This document shows, piece by piece, positions 48,410 to 57,873 of a stretch of 64,000 nt of DNA (positions are counted from its first letter, which is position 1; each line of letters starts with the position of its first letter). The DNA lies in the IMG/VR virus record IMGVR_UViG_3300035145_003993, positions 124,001 to 188,000 of that record, one strand, 5' to 3'. A program made the position numbers and the translations under genes. The notes under the pieces are model-generated. The model saw only the letters and a list, made by a program, of their open reading frames with translations. It made no database searches and was not told where the DNA came from.

Positions 48410-48658
48410 TTATTTTTCTGATTTTAAAATGTTAATAACTTTTATATCACGAGTTTTAATATCATATATTTTATTACTATTTACATCAAGCATTTTATAA
48501 CTAAAAAATCTTTTATTTCCGTATTTTGTTTTATTTTCAAATAAAAAATTTCTATCTAAAACCAAAGCTGTTCTCGGACCTGAAAATTGATTTCTAAATA
48601 TTTTATGTTCAAATGTTACAAGATCAGAAACTTCTAATCCTTTTGAATAAGAAGACAT
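48410..48658 (-). CDS. Small SH3/KOW-like protein
   Basis: LEVSDLVTF...TALVLD. Confidence 0.6.
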   Translation of the reverse strand: MSSYSKGLEVSDLVTFEHKIFRNQFSGPRTALVLDRNFLFENKTKYGNKRFFSYKMLDVNSNKIYDIKTRDIKVINILKSEK

Positions 48659-48705
48659 ATAAATTCCTTATTTTTATATTTCATTTAAATGTTTTTTTAT
48701 AGTTT

Positions 48706-48734
48706 ATTATATTTATTAAATAATTAATTTACAC
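48706..48734 (-). promoter_or_regulatory. Phage promoter GTGTAAA-N16-TATAAT
   Basis: Exact consensus, upstream of the dnaE-N operon. Confidence 0.75.
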
Positions 48735-48758
48735 TTAAAAAATACAATAAGGTTTATA

Positions 48759-48857
48759 ATGAAAACTAAAGAAATATTAAGAGAATGGAATTTATTTTTA
48801 AAAAATATATTGAGACTCTTATTTCTTAAATATTGTATTATACTAATCGTTCAATAA
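48759..48857 (+). pseudogene. Leader-only stub (32 aa)
   Basis: MKTKEILREWNLFLKN..., runs into the photolyase 3' end. Confidence 0.3.
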
Positions 48858-50021
48858 TTTTAAAGTTCTTTCTTGATTAAATCTCATAACTTTTCCATAT
48901 TGTAATTTAAAACTTTCAACACAGTTTACAATATTATTTGGACTTTGAGCATCTTCACAGTGTGTATTAAAAAAATCAATTAAAGTTTCTAATGATTTTA
49001 AACCTCCACCAAGATTCCAATAACATTCTCCTGCGAACCACATTCTAGATCTATTAGGCATCCACCTATTTTTAATACACTGTTTTATTTCTTTGTTAAG
49101 GTAATCATTTTTTGTATTTCCATTCATAATATCTTTTTTTGATAAAACGGGAGTAAAAGTATTATTTAATAAATTGTTATAAGACTTTTCATCTAAAAGT
49201 TTTTTTGAAATACTATCTACACTATCTAAAAAACTTATTTCTTTAATTCTACATTTTCTAATACAAATTTCTCTAAATGCTAATTGTCTAAGAATAGGTA
49301 TAATTGGATTATCCTTTTCAATAAACCTTGGAGAAAGTGATAAAACTAAATGTGTTATTACCCTTGGATCAATTAAACCATGATGTAAAAATTTAGAAAG
49401 TTTTGTACTTCCTTCTCTTTCATTTCTTGTTTTATGATAAGATAAAACCTTTTCTTTGAATCTTTTTAAAATGTTACAAACATTTTTATGAGTTTTCAAA
49501 GATAAATTATGATTAATTTTATATAATTCGCCTATACTCCCAAAATCATTTATTTTATTATAATTACAAAATATTTCTTCTTTCTTTAGTCTATTTTTTG
49601 TCCAATAGATCCATCTACTTTTTGCTGTCATTTTTGTACAAGACTCAATATAAGAGTCAGAATCGACTTCTTCTACATTAATATTATTAAATTTTAATTT
49701 TTCTGAAAAAAGAGGTTTATCGTAATATACTTTTTCGATATTTTCATTTTTACAAAAATCTTCAATTAATGCAACAGGATTTTTTGATTTAATTATTTTA
49801 AGATTTAAATCATAATTTTCTTTTAATCTGCTTGAAAAATAATTTAATGATTCGTAATAAAATAGATTATTATTATTTTTATAATAATTTTTATTATTAT
49901 CATTTAAATAATAATTTGAAATATATACAACACAAATATTTTTATAAGAAGATATAGCTTTTTTAAAAATAAAACTGTTTGTTCTAAAAGAATGATCAAT
50001 TATAATTAGACATTTAGACAT
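48843..50021 (-). CDS. Divergent photolyase/cryptochrome-like protein, shortened C-terminus
   Basis: STKLSKFLHHGLI, LRQLAFREI, WMPNRSRM, EDAQSPNN. Confidence 0.75.
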   Translation of the reverse strand: MSKCLIIIDHSFRTNSFIFKKAISSYKNICVVYISNYYLNDNNKNYYKNNNNLFYYESLNYFSSRLKENYDLNLKIIKSKNPVALIEDFCKNENIEKVYYDKPLFSEKLKFNNINVEEVDSDSYIESCTKMTAKSRWIYWTKNRLKKEEIFCNYNKINDFGSIGELYKINHNLSLKTHKNVCNILKRFKEKVLSYHKTRNEREGSTKLSKFLHHGLIDPRVITHLVLSLSPRFIEKDNPIIPILRQLAFREICIRKCRIKEISFLDSVDSISKKLLDEKSYNNLLNNTFTPVLSKKDIMNGNTKNDYLNKEIKQCIKNRWMPNRSRMWFAGECYWNLGGGLKSLETLIDFFNTHCEDAQSPNNIVNCVESFKLQYGKVMRFNQERTLKLLND

Positions 50022-50055
50022 ATAAACTCTTTTTATTAATTATTATTTATTTTTT

Positions 50056-50084
50056 AATATAATCATTATTATTCTTATTTACAC
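50056..50084 (-). promoter_or_regulatory. Phage promoter GTGTAAA-N16-TATATT
   Basis: Downstream member of a tandem pair. Confidence 0.65.
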
Positions 50085-50089
50085 ATAAA

Positions 50090-50118
50090 ACTATAATTAA
50101 TTAATATTTAATTTACAC
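50090..50118 (-). promoter_or_regulatory. Phage promoter GTGTAAA-N16-TATAGT
   Basis: Upstream member of a tandem pair. Confidence 0.65.
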
Positions 50119-50136
50119 GCAAAAGTATGGTATAAG

Positions 50137-50367
50137 CTAAGTCTCAGATTTAGTTACCCACAGACCGTCTTGATTTTCTAAATCCATTGTTTCTCTAGAC
50201 GATCCATTTAAGTAAACAATTAGACCTTTAACAAAGTAATGATCTTGAATAATTTCTGTAACTAAACAGTTATTTTTTATCCTTTCACCATAAAAAAATA
50301 TATCAATCATGTCACCTTCTTTTAACTGTGATACTTCGTGTATTTCATTTTTATAATTACTGGACAT
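50137..50367 (-). CDS. Small SH3/KOW-like protein
   Basis: LKEGDMIDIF...CLVTEI. Confidence 0.6.
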   Translation of the reverse strand: MSSNYKNEIHEVSQLKEGDMIDIFFYGERIKNNCLVTEIIQDHYFVKGLIVYLNGSSRETMDLENQDGLWVTKSET

Positions 50368-51538
50368 TGATTTTAGGTTTTCCCCATCTAAGTGTTATTT
50401 GTGTATTGTTATTTAACATGTTTGTGCAAATATTAAAAGGTTCTACGTCATAGAATTTTAAAATCTTATAAAGATCATCATACAAATAATCTATTCCTTC
50501 TTCCAAGATTTGGGTACCATTAAAAACATTTAAATCACCTTCAGCAATTACAGGACCTATCCTACACATTATCTCTTCTATAATTGCATTAAATGCTGAT
50601 TCAACTTGATTTGCATTAACAACGAAAGAGAATTCATTAGGAATTGTATTGAGTGTGTTTCCGCTTATAGACTGTAGTGCGCTTGTATTTGCATTGTCTA
50701 CACCTAAAGTATATACAGTAATACAAGGATCTATTGCTGTAGAGTAAATGCAATTGTTATCATTAATATTTCTTATGTTGTTTTGAACAAAAGACTGAGA
50801 AGGCCCTGATCCTTCATTTGGCGATCCATCTGATATTAAGAGAATGTAATAAGACTCGTAGTTTGTCGTCTGTATTTGTGTCATTGCTTCTTGTAAAGGT
50901 GCTATAAAGTTTGTTCCACCTCCCGGACTTCTATTATTAACAATTGAAAGAACAGATTGCTTATGCTGTTGATTTTTTCCTATACTTGAAGAAACTATTA
51001 TATTACTATTGTATAATATAACAGAGTAACTTAAATTAAAATCAGAGTTAACAAATTGACTAACTGTATCTCTAAGTTGAACTATTCTGTTTCCACTCAT
51101 TGAACCACTATAATCTAAAAGCATTATTACAGCTGCATCTATTAAGTCAACGTCATGAACTTCTTCAGGGACAGTTATTATAACTGACTTGGTAGTTTGT
51201 CCGCGTCCTGGGTTATAAGAAGAAGTTATTCCGTATTTTCTATTACAATAGTTTTCAACACTACACTCTAGTCCTAGATCTATACATTGAAAGTTTGGTG
51301 TAACGTTAGTTGAAAGTGACGAAGCGCAATTATTTAAAAAATTAGGTGTACAAATTTCTTCAGTACTATTTGTCTCAATAATAGAAATTCCTAGATTTAC
51401 ACTACAAGAATCTAAAACTTGTTTTTCTTCCAATATGTTTAAAGATATTCTACCGTATTGTATTGTTATAAATGCTAAAGTTGATAACACAGCAGACAAT
51501 AACATAATAGTTAGTGCTGCAAATCCTTTGTTTTTCAT
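50357..51538 (-). CDS. TadG/PilY-like pilin-leader protein with VWA domain
   Basis: KG|FAAL prepilin-like N-terminus and TM helix; LDYSGSM MIDAS, GGTNF, LISDG, VYTLGV. Confidence 0.7.
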   Translation of the reverse strand: MKNKGFAALTIMLLSAVLSTLAFITIQYGRISLNILEEKQVLDSCSVNLGISIIETNSTEEICTPNFLNNCASSLSTNVTPNFQCIDLGLECSVENYCNRKYGITSSYNPGRGQTTKSVIITVPEEVHDVDLIDAAVIMLLDYSGSMSGNRIVQLRDTVSQFVNSDFNLSYSVILYNSNIIVSSSIGKNQQHKQSVLSIVNNRSPGGGTNFIAPLQEAMTQIQTTNYESYYILLISDGSPNEGSGPSQSFVQNNIRNINDNNCIYSTAIDPCITVYTLGVDNANTSALQSISGNTLNTIPNEFSFVVNANQVESAFNAIIEEIMCRIGPVIAEGDLNVFNGTQILEEGIDYLYDDLYKILKFYDVEPFNICTNMLNNNTQITLRWGKPKINVQ

Positions 51539-51581
51539 GATTTATCTCTCCATATATTATAATATAAGGATTTGTTTTAAA

Positions 51582-52352
51582 TTACAAATTAGACTTTTTT
51601 AGATAAATAAGATGTCTTGTACCATGATAATTTTTATTTTCTATATTATCAATAGTCCAGTAATGATTTGTTTTTTTAATGTTTCTATAAAAATCTTTCA
51701 TTAATAAAACGTCTATATTAACGCCTTGATTTTTTAATATATCAACAGCTAATAAGTTTGAATTAAATTTTCTATCTCTACGAATAGCCTTTAATTCAAC
51801 ATATTTATCTTCATCAGGATGGTAAAAATCTGGCGTATATTGCTTGTCTCTTCCTGCATAATTTACAGTAAAAGTTTTATGTTCATAAATATAAGGCTTA
51901 TTTGTTGCTTCGCACCATCTTGCATAATCTGCCTCTAATCCTGATTTGAAAAAATAATTACTTGGTAAATCTCTTCTAAATCCTAATCTTCCATTTGAAG
52001 GTATTTCGTGTAAACCACTACTTTGAGCTTTATATTGGCAATCTTTACTACAATATTTAGTAGCTTGTCCTATTGGCTTTTGATATGATTTTCCACAAAA
52101 ATTACAATTTAAATCGATTCTTTCATGACGATTTTCTTTTAAATAACATTCTCGTCTACAATATTTTTTATCTCTTTTAGCTTTAAATTTATTGTTACAA
52201 GAAAGACAATTTTTATAAACATATTTTGAAGAATTTTTGTCTTTACAGACCTTTGAACAAAACTTTGATGAAGAAGCTCTTGATGCTGGTTTTTTATAAA
52301 TAGATTTACACTCTTGACACGTTAACTCTACTTGATTACTTTTTCTAGGCAT
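51582..52352 (-). CDS. Zinc-finger-repeat PD-(D/E)xK endonuclease, probably free-standing homing type
   Basis: Three CxxC...(F/Y)CSxxC-type repeats; FKSGLE...YTPDF...VELK. Confidence 0.75.
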   Translation of the reverse strand: MPRKSNQVELTCQECKSIYKKPASRASSSKFCSKVCKDKNSSKYVYKNCLSCNNKFKAKRDKKYCRRECYLKENRHERIDLNCNFCGKSYQKPIGQATKYCSKDCQYKAQSSGLHEIPSNGRLGFRRDLPSNYFFKSGLEADYARWCEATNKPYIYEHKTFTVNYAGRDKQYTPDFYHPDEDKYVELKAIRRDRKFNSNLLAVDILKNQGVNIDVLLMKDFYRNIKKTNHYWTIDNIENKNYHGTRHLIYLKKSNL

Positions 52353-52417
52353 AGTTTATCTCCTTATAAAGTAATTATCTTACAGTACAGATAGTTGTCA
52401 TAACAAATTATTTATTT

Positions 52418-52627
52418 TTATAAGACATTAAAAGACATTATATTGTAAGGAACAATTTCAATTTCATTATTAATTAACAAGTAAATCATTGCATAAAAAT
52501 TATTATCTTTTTTAATGTCTATTACTAAACCTACTTTTTCTTTTTCGTTCGAATATAAAAAATTATATTTAATTATTTGACCTATTTTTAAATCTAAAAT
52601 TAATTTTTTATTATTCTTAAACTCCAA
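52418..52627 (-). CDS. Small SH3/KOW-like protein
   Basis: LKIGQIIKY...KVGLVIDI. Confidence 0.6.
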   Translation of the reverse strand: MEFKNNKKLILDLKIGQIIKYNFLYSNEKEKVGLVIDIKKDNNFYAMIYLLINNEIEIVPYNIMSFNVL

Positions 52628-53411
52628 TGACTTGTCTTTCTTTTACCCAATGTGTAGTTCTATTATCTGGAGTTATTTCTTTAATTACTTTATATTTGTT
52701 ATAATCTCTTTTTCTACCATAAACAACAAAACCTTGTGTAGCAGAACCAGATTCACCGTCAAAAGTATAATAGCTTTGAATTGTAGCTCCTTGCTGGTTG
52801 TATGACTTATTTATTACAAATCTAATTGCTTTGTCTAGTGTTACTAGGTTTTCGTCTGTTAAATCTTTTATAAAAGAATAAGGATTAATACATGAATACC
52901 ATAAAGACTCTGCTTTAATATAATTTCCAATTCCAGAAATTATATTTTGATTCATTAGAACACAACATATATTTTTATGATTATACTTTCTTAAAATATT
53001 GACAAAATTATTAGGTGGATTAGAAAGCATATCAGGACCTATAGACTTAAGTTTTTTTTCTAAGTCTAATCTTTTTTTAATTTGAAAAGTGCCAAAATTT
53101 CTGGTGTCATTAAAGTAAAGAGTATCATTCTCATAGAAAGTAAACTCTATTCTTGAATGTTTTGACTTTTCTCGAGACCAATTACCAGTCATTCCTAAAG
53201 TATTAAAAACAATTACATCACCTAAATCCATCCAGATGAACTTACCTTTGCAATTAAAGGATTCAATTTCTTTACCAAATAAAGATTTTATTCCTGGTAT
53301 TGGCTTTTTTACATATCGTCCACTCAATACATTAACAGATTTAATCATATAGTATCTAAAGTTTTGATTTAGTCTTTCAACAAATAGTTTAACTTCAGGT
53401 CCCTCTGGCAT
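52617..53411 (-). CDS. Fpg/Nei DNA glycosylase with zincless finger
   Basis: MPEGPEV, GKFIW, LGMTG, LYFNDTRNFG, GIGNYIKAE; no C-terminal Cys cluster. Confidence 0.92.
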   Translation of the reverse strand: MPEGPEVKLFVERLNQNFRYYMIKSVNVLSGRYVKKPIPGIKSLFGKEIESFNCKGKFIWMDLGDVIVFNTLGMTGNWSREKSKHSRIEFTFYENDTLYFNDTRNFGTFQIKKRLDLEKKLKSIGPDMLSNPPNNFVNILRKYNHKNICCVLMNQNIISGIGNYIKAESLWYSCINPYSFIKDLTDENLVTLDKAIRFVINKSYNQQGATIQSYYTFDGESGSATQGFVVYGRKRDYNKYKVIKEITPDNRTTHWVKERQVIGV

Positions 53412-53415
53412 ATTG

Positions 53416-53628
53416 TTAGTCCTTTAAAATAGATTTATTAACTTCTGGATCATCAATTTCAGTGTTTACAACATTCTTTTCAAAAACACCTTTTTTAGGT
53501 AATGTTTGATCATGAATTTTATTAGCTAAATCATTTTTACCTATCCAGCTTAAAATTTCCATTAAAGGATGAGCAATGATATTATGTACTGCATAATTTT
53601 TAAAAAATTTTTCATATTTAAGATTCAC
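53416..53628 (-). CDS. Small hypothetical protein
   Basis: VHNIIAHPLME...IHDQTLP. Confidence 0.6.
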   Translation of the reverse strand: MNLKYEKFFKNYAVHNIIAHPLMEILSWIGKNDLANKIHDQTLPKKGVFEKNVVNTEIDDPEVNKSILKD

Positions 53629-53938
53629 TAAATACCTCTAATATATCTTCATCTCTAAAATATACTTTTTCATTATTTTCTCCTAATGCAACGTAATAGC
53701 CTAAAGGAAAATTCTTTGTTTGAAAATGTATAGGAATTGCTGTTATTTTTTCATTAGATTCTTTATCAATAAATGATATTAAATAAGACTTTTCGAAAAA
53801 AAATCTTCTTTCAACCATTGTGTTATAAAGATCTTCGTATTTTGCTTTTTTATAGTGTTTTGTATCTTTAAAAGACCAAAATTTAAGTGTATCTTTATTC
53901 AATCGCGTCTTCATAAGGTTCTTCAATAAATTCACCAT
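53618..53938 (-). CDS. Hypothetical protein
   Basis: ORF track; start probably MKTRLN. Confidence 0.55.
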   Translation of the reverse strand: MVNLLKNLMKTRLNKDTLKFWSFKDTKHYKKAKYEDLYNTMVERRFFFEKSYLISFIDKESNEKITAIPIHFQTKNFPLGYYVALGENNEKVYFRDEDILEVFSES

Positions 53939-54344
53939 TTTCTACTATTCTGTCAAGGTAATCTTCTAATTGTTCAAATGAAGTACAGACCTTAATACCA
54001 CTTCTTGCTAACATTAAATTAAATTTAGCACCTTCAGGTAAACCTGCACAAAAATAAATAATAGGTTTGTTAAATGCAAAAGCATAACCAGCTTCCCAAA
54101 TTGTTCCAATATCTTTGTCTCTAGTGTTTACTAACAAAAAGTCAGCTGTTTGAATGTGGTGAAGATTACCTGTAAAAGTTTCGTCTTGCACACTTTTTGG
54201 TGCATTTGGAGGACAAATAAAAATTCTGCGAGGTGAAGCTAATTCAAAATTATTTGATCGATCATCAAAAATTTTTTCAAGTTGAGTAAGTTCTTCGTCT
54301 TGTGTAGGATTAAACCAACCACTAGCTAAATAAATCTTTTTCAT
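53895..54344 (-). CDS. Nucleoside 2-deoxyribosyltransferase / dNMP N-glycosidase family
   Basis: IYLASGWF, ADF...DIGTIWEAGYA...KP; start MKKIYL at 54344. Confidence 0.88.
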   Translation of the reverse strand: MKKIYLASGWFNPTQDEELTQLEKIFDDRSNNFELASPRRIFICPPNAPKSVQDETFTGNLHHIQTADFLLVNTRDKDIGTIWEAGYAFAFNKPIIYFCAGLPEGAKFNLMLARSGIKVCTSFEQLEDYLDRIVENGEFIEEPYEDAIE

Positions 54345-54425
54345 TAAAATATTCCTTTTATAATAATTTTTTCTAAGTTTGTAATTGTTTTTCAATAAAG
54401 TTTACTATTTTTAATAACTTTAAAA

Positions 54426-55391
54426 TTAATTGTTGAATTGTTTTTTAACTTGATTTATGGCTCTTACATCATCATTCCACATCCTTGTAAAGATTTTTTC
54501 TTCACCAGATTTATTGCCGTTTAATTCTTCGCGGCGACAAGGGTAAATTGAATCTTCTTCATTGAATTCAAACAAATCGTTTTTAGGCTCTGGATGATAT
54601 AAATTAGTTCCTTTTGAAGTAAAAGTACCATCTGCTTGTTTAACTCTAAATGTTCTAACATAATGCATGTCAGGTTTTTCAAAATCTAAGCAAGTTGCAA
54701 CTTCAGGAATTCTTTCAACAACTAGTCTTGCTATTTTAGTAGCAATAATATTATCAACCTCAGGCTGAATTTGTACATCTTGTCTTTGTTTAATAAGACC
54801 AATTAAATCTTTTAAATTAAACCTTGCAATATAAAATGTTTCGATAGATTTTGGCATAATAACTCTAGCGTCCATTAAAGAAATTAGTTTTGAATCTACC
54901 ATATCAGAATATAATTGTTTTGCAGCAGCAGCAACTTCAATAAATCTATGGTAAAAATCAGAATTTTCAATAGACTCTGGAACTAAAATATTATCGTGTC
55001 GTAGGTCTCTATCACCTGTGCATTGAGCAGCAAATGATCCTGCTCTGTGTCTAATTAAGTGTGTTACGGTTTGAGTATCAATACCACTTATCCTAAAAGT
55101 AAATCCTAAACATTCCATAGGCGTTGGTAAGGCTCTAAAATTTAGTACGTCTTGAAGGTTTTGTGAGGCCTCTTCAGGTGAAGCATTATTAAAGTCAGTT
55201 TCAAAAGGTCGATCAGCCCATGTTGCCTTGGTCATATTCCAAGCTATTTCTTGTGCTTGCTTTTGTGTTGGAGCATCAATCACTTCAATTTTAAGTGATT
55301 CTAAATTGTTAATATAGTTTGTAACAGGAACTTCGTTAAACTTTAAAAGCATAGGAAGTTGAATCTTATCTAAATCATTATTAATTGGCAA
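54426..55391 (-). CDS. Divergent ThyX-like flavoprotein
   Basis: RHRAGSFAAQC (Cys at the RHRx7S position), DARVIMP, NLKDL...QR. Confidence 0.8.
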   Translation of the reverse strand: MPINNDLDKIQLPMLLKFNEVPVTNYINNLESLKIEVIDAPTQKQAQEIAWNMTKATWADRPFETDFNNASPEEASQNLQDVLNFRALPTPMECLGFTFRISGIDTQTVTHLIRHRAGSFAAQCTGDRDLRHDNILVPESIENSDFYHRFIEVAAAAKQLYSDMVDSKLISLMDARVIMPKSIETFYIARFNLKDLIGLIKQRQDVQIQPEVDNIIATKIARLVVERIPEVATCLDFEKPDMHYVRTFRVKQADGTFTSKGTNLYHPEPKNDLFEFNEEDSIYPCRREELNGNKSGEEKIFTRMWNDDVRAINQVKKQFNN

Positions 55392-55418
55392 ATTTTTTCT
55401 CCTTGTTATTTACCATTC

Positions 55419-55447
55419 ATTATAAAATTAAAAATTTTATTTTACAC
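55419..55447 (-). promoter_or_regulatory. Phage promoter GTGTAAA-N16-TATAAT
   Basis: Exact consensus, upstream of the ThyX-like gene. Confidence 0.75.
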
Positions 55448-56116
55448 TAAATTATTCTTTTTACTAATCATATCTTCTAATTGTTCTAGTAAAACAATAT
55501 TTTCTTTAAAAATTAAATTTTCTTTTTTTATTTTTGCAACTGCTTCATCAAATGTTAATTTATTTAAATCTTGATATGTTTTTAACACTTCATAATCACT
55601 ATCTAATTCTGCTTTAATTGAATCAGACCTTTGTATGTCTATGTAAAAAATATTTCTATTAATTGCATATTGTATTTCTTTAACTAAATTTAAAAATATA
55701 TCTTTTTTAAATGAAAAAATATTTTCTATATTAAGATTAGTAATAGAAGAATATTCAATTATTCCTTCATCATTTTTTTTGTCTGACTGAAAATAGAGTT
55801 TGCAATATTTATTTTTAATAAAAAAGAAAGAATAAGAATTTACTATTTGTAAATCGATTTCAATTGTAAATTCATCGCAAAAATCTAAAGAGTGATTAAA
55901 GTTTGTTTGATATTTTTTACTAAATAACTGTGTATAGTTGCTTGTAAACGTTAAGTACATTATTCCTGGATCAATAACTAAAGTCATATTTCCAGTTTGA
56001 ATGAGACCTAAAGAATAAATAATATCGTATTCGATTGTGTCCCAAACTTTACTTAAAAATTCATAAGATCTAAATTTCTTGTTAGTATAAAAATCTAGAT
56101 CTTCATGAAAAAACAT
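55442..56116 (-). CDS. Hypothetical protein
   Basis: ORF track. Confidence 0.6.
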   Translation of the reverse strand: MFFHEDLDFYTNKKFRSYEFLSKVWDTIEYDIIYSLGLIQTGNMTLVIDPGIMYLTFTSNYTQLFSKKYQTNFNHSLDFCDEFTIEIDLQIVNSYSFFFIKNKYCKLYFQSDKKNDEGIIEYSSITNLNIENIFSFKKDIFLNLVKEIQYAINRNIFYIDIQRSDSIKAELDSDYEVLKTYQDLNKLTFDEAVAKIKKENLIFKENIVLLEQLEDMISKKNNLV

Positions 56117-56117
56117 T

Positions 56118-56504
56118 TTAATAACCTTTTTGTAGCCTTTTTCTAATTATTTCGTCTTTAATATTAAATGCATTATAAAATTCATTAACATCAACGCCGA
56201 TTAAAATCATTAATGAGAAAAAATAATTAAAAGCATCTACTATTTCTTCTAAAAATTCATCTCTATCAATTTCAGGCATATCTGTTTCTCGATGAGGCTT
56301 CCAATTTTTTAAATGTTGAAGTGCCTCAAACATTTCTTCAACTCCTTTTAAAGCTGTTTCACGTAATAAATTTTGATTTTCTTTTTTTGAAATATCTACA
56401 GGCCATTCGTTTGTATAAGAATCAGGAAACTTATCTTGAATAAGTTTCATAAACGATTGTCTTTTATTAAAGATTTCAACAAGTTTATCATTTTCTAATG
56501 TCAT
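56118..56504 (-). CDS. All-alpha NTP pyrophosphatase (dimeric dUTPase/MazG-like)
   Basis: EEMFEAL...WKPH...EEIVDAFNYF. Confidence 0.85.
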   Translation of the reverse strand: MTLENDKLVEIFNKRQSFMKLIQDKFPDSYTNEWPVDISKKENQNLLRETALKGVEEMFEALQHLKNWKPHRETDMPEIDRDEFLEEIVDAFNYFFSLMILIGVDVNEFYNAFNIKDEIIRKRLQKGY

Positions 56505-56506
56505 AT

Positions 56507-56737
56507 TTATTGTACTTTTTCTTCTTGAGTTTCGCTTAACTTTTCTTGTGAATTAGATAACATTTTATTAATTTGTTCGTTAAAAATTTCTTGATATTGT
56601 TCGTTAACTGTAAGTTTGTTTTCTTCATTAATTTCTAATGATACCATCCTGAGATGGTCAACAATGTCTGTTCCAGTTAAGATTGCCATTTGAATTAGTT
56701 TAGCAATATGTGCTATTGTAGTATCATGTAATAACAA
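56507..56737 (-). CDS. Hypothetical protein
   Basis: ORF track. Confidence 0.6.
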   Translation of the reverse strand: MLLHDTTIAHIAKLIQMAILTGTDIVDHLRMVSLEINEENKLTVNEQYQEIFNEQINKMLSNSQEKLSETQEEKVQ

Positions 56738-56747
56738 AATTTTCTCC

Positions 56748-57110
56748 TTAAATTACTACTGGTGATTTGCTTAATTTTTGTGTTATAATATCTGAATCGT
56801 GATCTAATGCTTTAAGCATAGAAATACCTTCTATCGTTTTAATTGATTTTAAAACTGTTATGAATTTATCTTTTCCTTCAACAAATTTTTCAATATATGA
56901 AACGTTTAATTCAATTATTCTATGACCATTTGAAGATACAATATCTGAAACTGGTCTTGTTTGTCTGACTGTTACGATTCCTGGTAAGGCCCTCATGTCA
57001 GTCATAATATCAAGAACTGTAGGGTCTTCTCTATCTTCTATTTTAATTCTACATCTAATTAAAGTATTAATTAAGTCTTCATGTCTTTCAACGAGTAATT
57101 TTTTCTTCAT
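56748..57110 (-). CDS. Hypothetical protein
   Basis: ORF track, GGAG RBS. Confidence 0.65.
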   Translation of the reverse strand: MKKKLLVERHEDLINTLIRCRIKIEDREDPTVLDIMTDMRALPGIVTVRQTRPVSDIVSSNGHRIIELNVSYIEKFVEGKDKFITVLKSIKTIEGISMLKALDHDSDIITQKLSKSPVVI

Positions 57111-57145
57111 TAATAATCTCCTTTATAATGTAGTAATTATTTCTT

Positions 57146-57868
57146 TTACTCGTGATTATTAATATAACTGTTAACAGTTTCTGGCCAAAGATCTTTAATA
57201 ATATCTAACATTCTAAATGCTAATTGTTGAATTTCCCATTGAGCTCCTTCATGTGTTCTTAAATTTATAAACTTTAATATGTTATTTAAATTCGCAGAAG
57301 CGTAATATTCTGTATAAAGATTTTGTGGTAAAATTCCACGCGCTTGTTCTCTGCATATACCATTGTTTACTAAATCATCAAATAATTTTAAAGAATTTTT
57401 GTGATAATTTTTAATAACATTCGATGCTTTAGTTTTAATTTTAACGCTACTTACTGCAGAGTCAATTTCTAATATAGGATCAATTAATTCATCTTGATTT
57501 GAAGATTGTCTATTTGATTTGTGTTGAGTTCTAAATTGATTAGGTTCATAAAATTCTATATTAGAATCTGTATATCTTCTAGAGATTTCGTTGTATGACC
57601 AAGTTCTGTGTCTATGATGTTGTGATCGAACAAATAATGGAACTTTAATTCTAAAAGTTGCAAAATTATGTTCTAAAGTAGATGTATGTTTATGTTTAAT
57701 TAAATAATTAATTAACTTTTTATCTTTATTATCAAGACTTTCTTTGTGAACTCCGAATGATACCCTTGCTGAATTTACTATTGTAATATCTTCGCCAACA
57801 TATTGAACTAATTCTATTTTTCCTATGCCATCTTCATACAGATTTTTTTCAATAGTATCTATTTTCAA
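57146..57868 (-). CDS. thyX: Flavin-dependent thymidylate synthase
   Basis: NSARVS, HTSTLEH, RHRTWSYNEISRRY, EQARGILP. Confidence 0.95.
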   Translation of the reverse strand: MKIDTIEKNLYEDGIGKIELVQYVGEDITIVNSARVSFGVHKESLDNKDKKLINYLIKHKHTSTLEHNFATFRIKVPLFVRSQHHRHRTWSYNEISRRYTDSNIEFYEPNQFRTQHKSNRQSSNQDELIDPILEIDSAVSSVKIKTKASNVIKNYHKNSLKLFDDLVNNGICREQARGILPQNLYTEYYASANLNNILKFINLRTHEGAQWEIQQLAFRMLDIIKDLWPETVNSYINNHE

Positions 57869-57873
57869 ATTTA

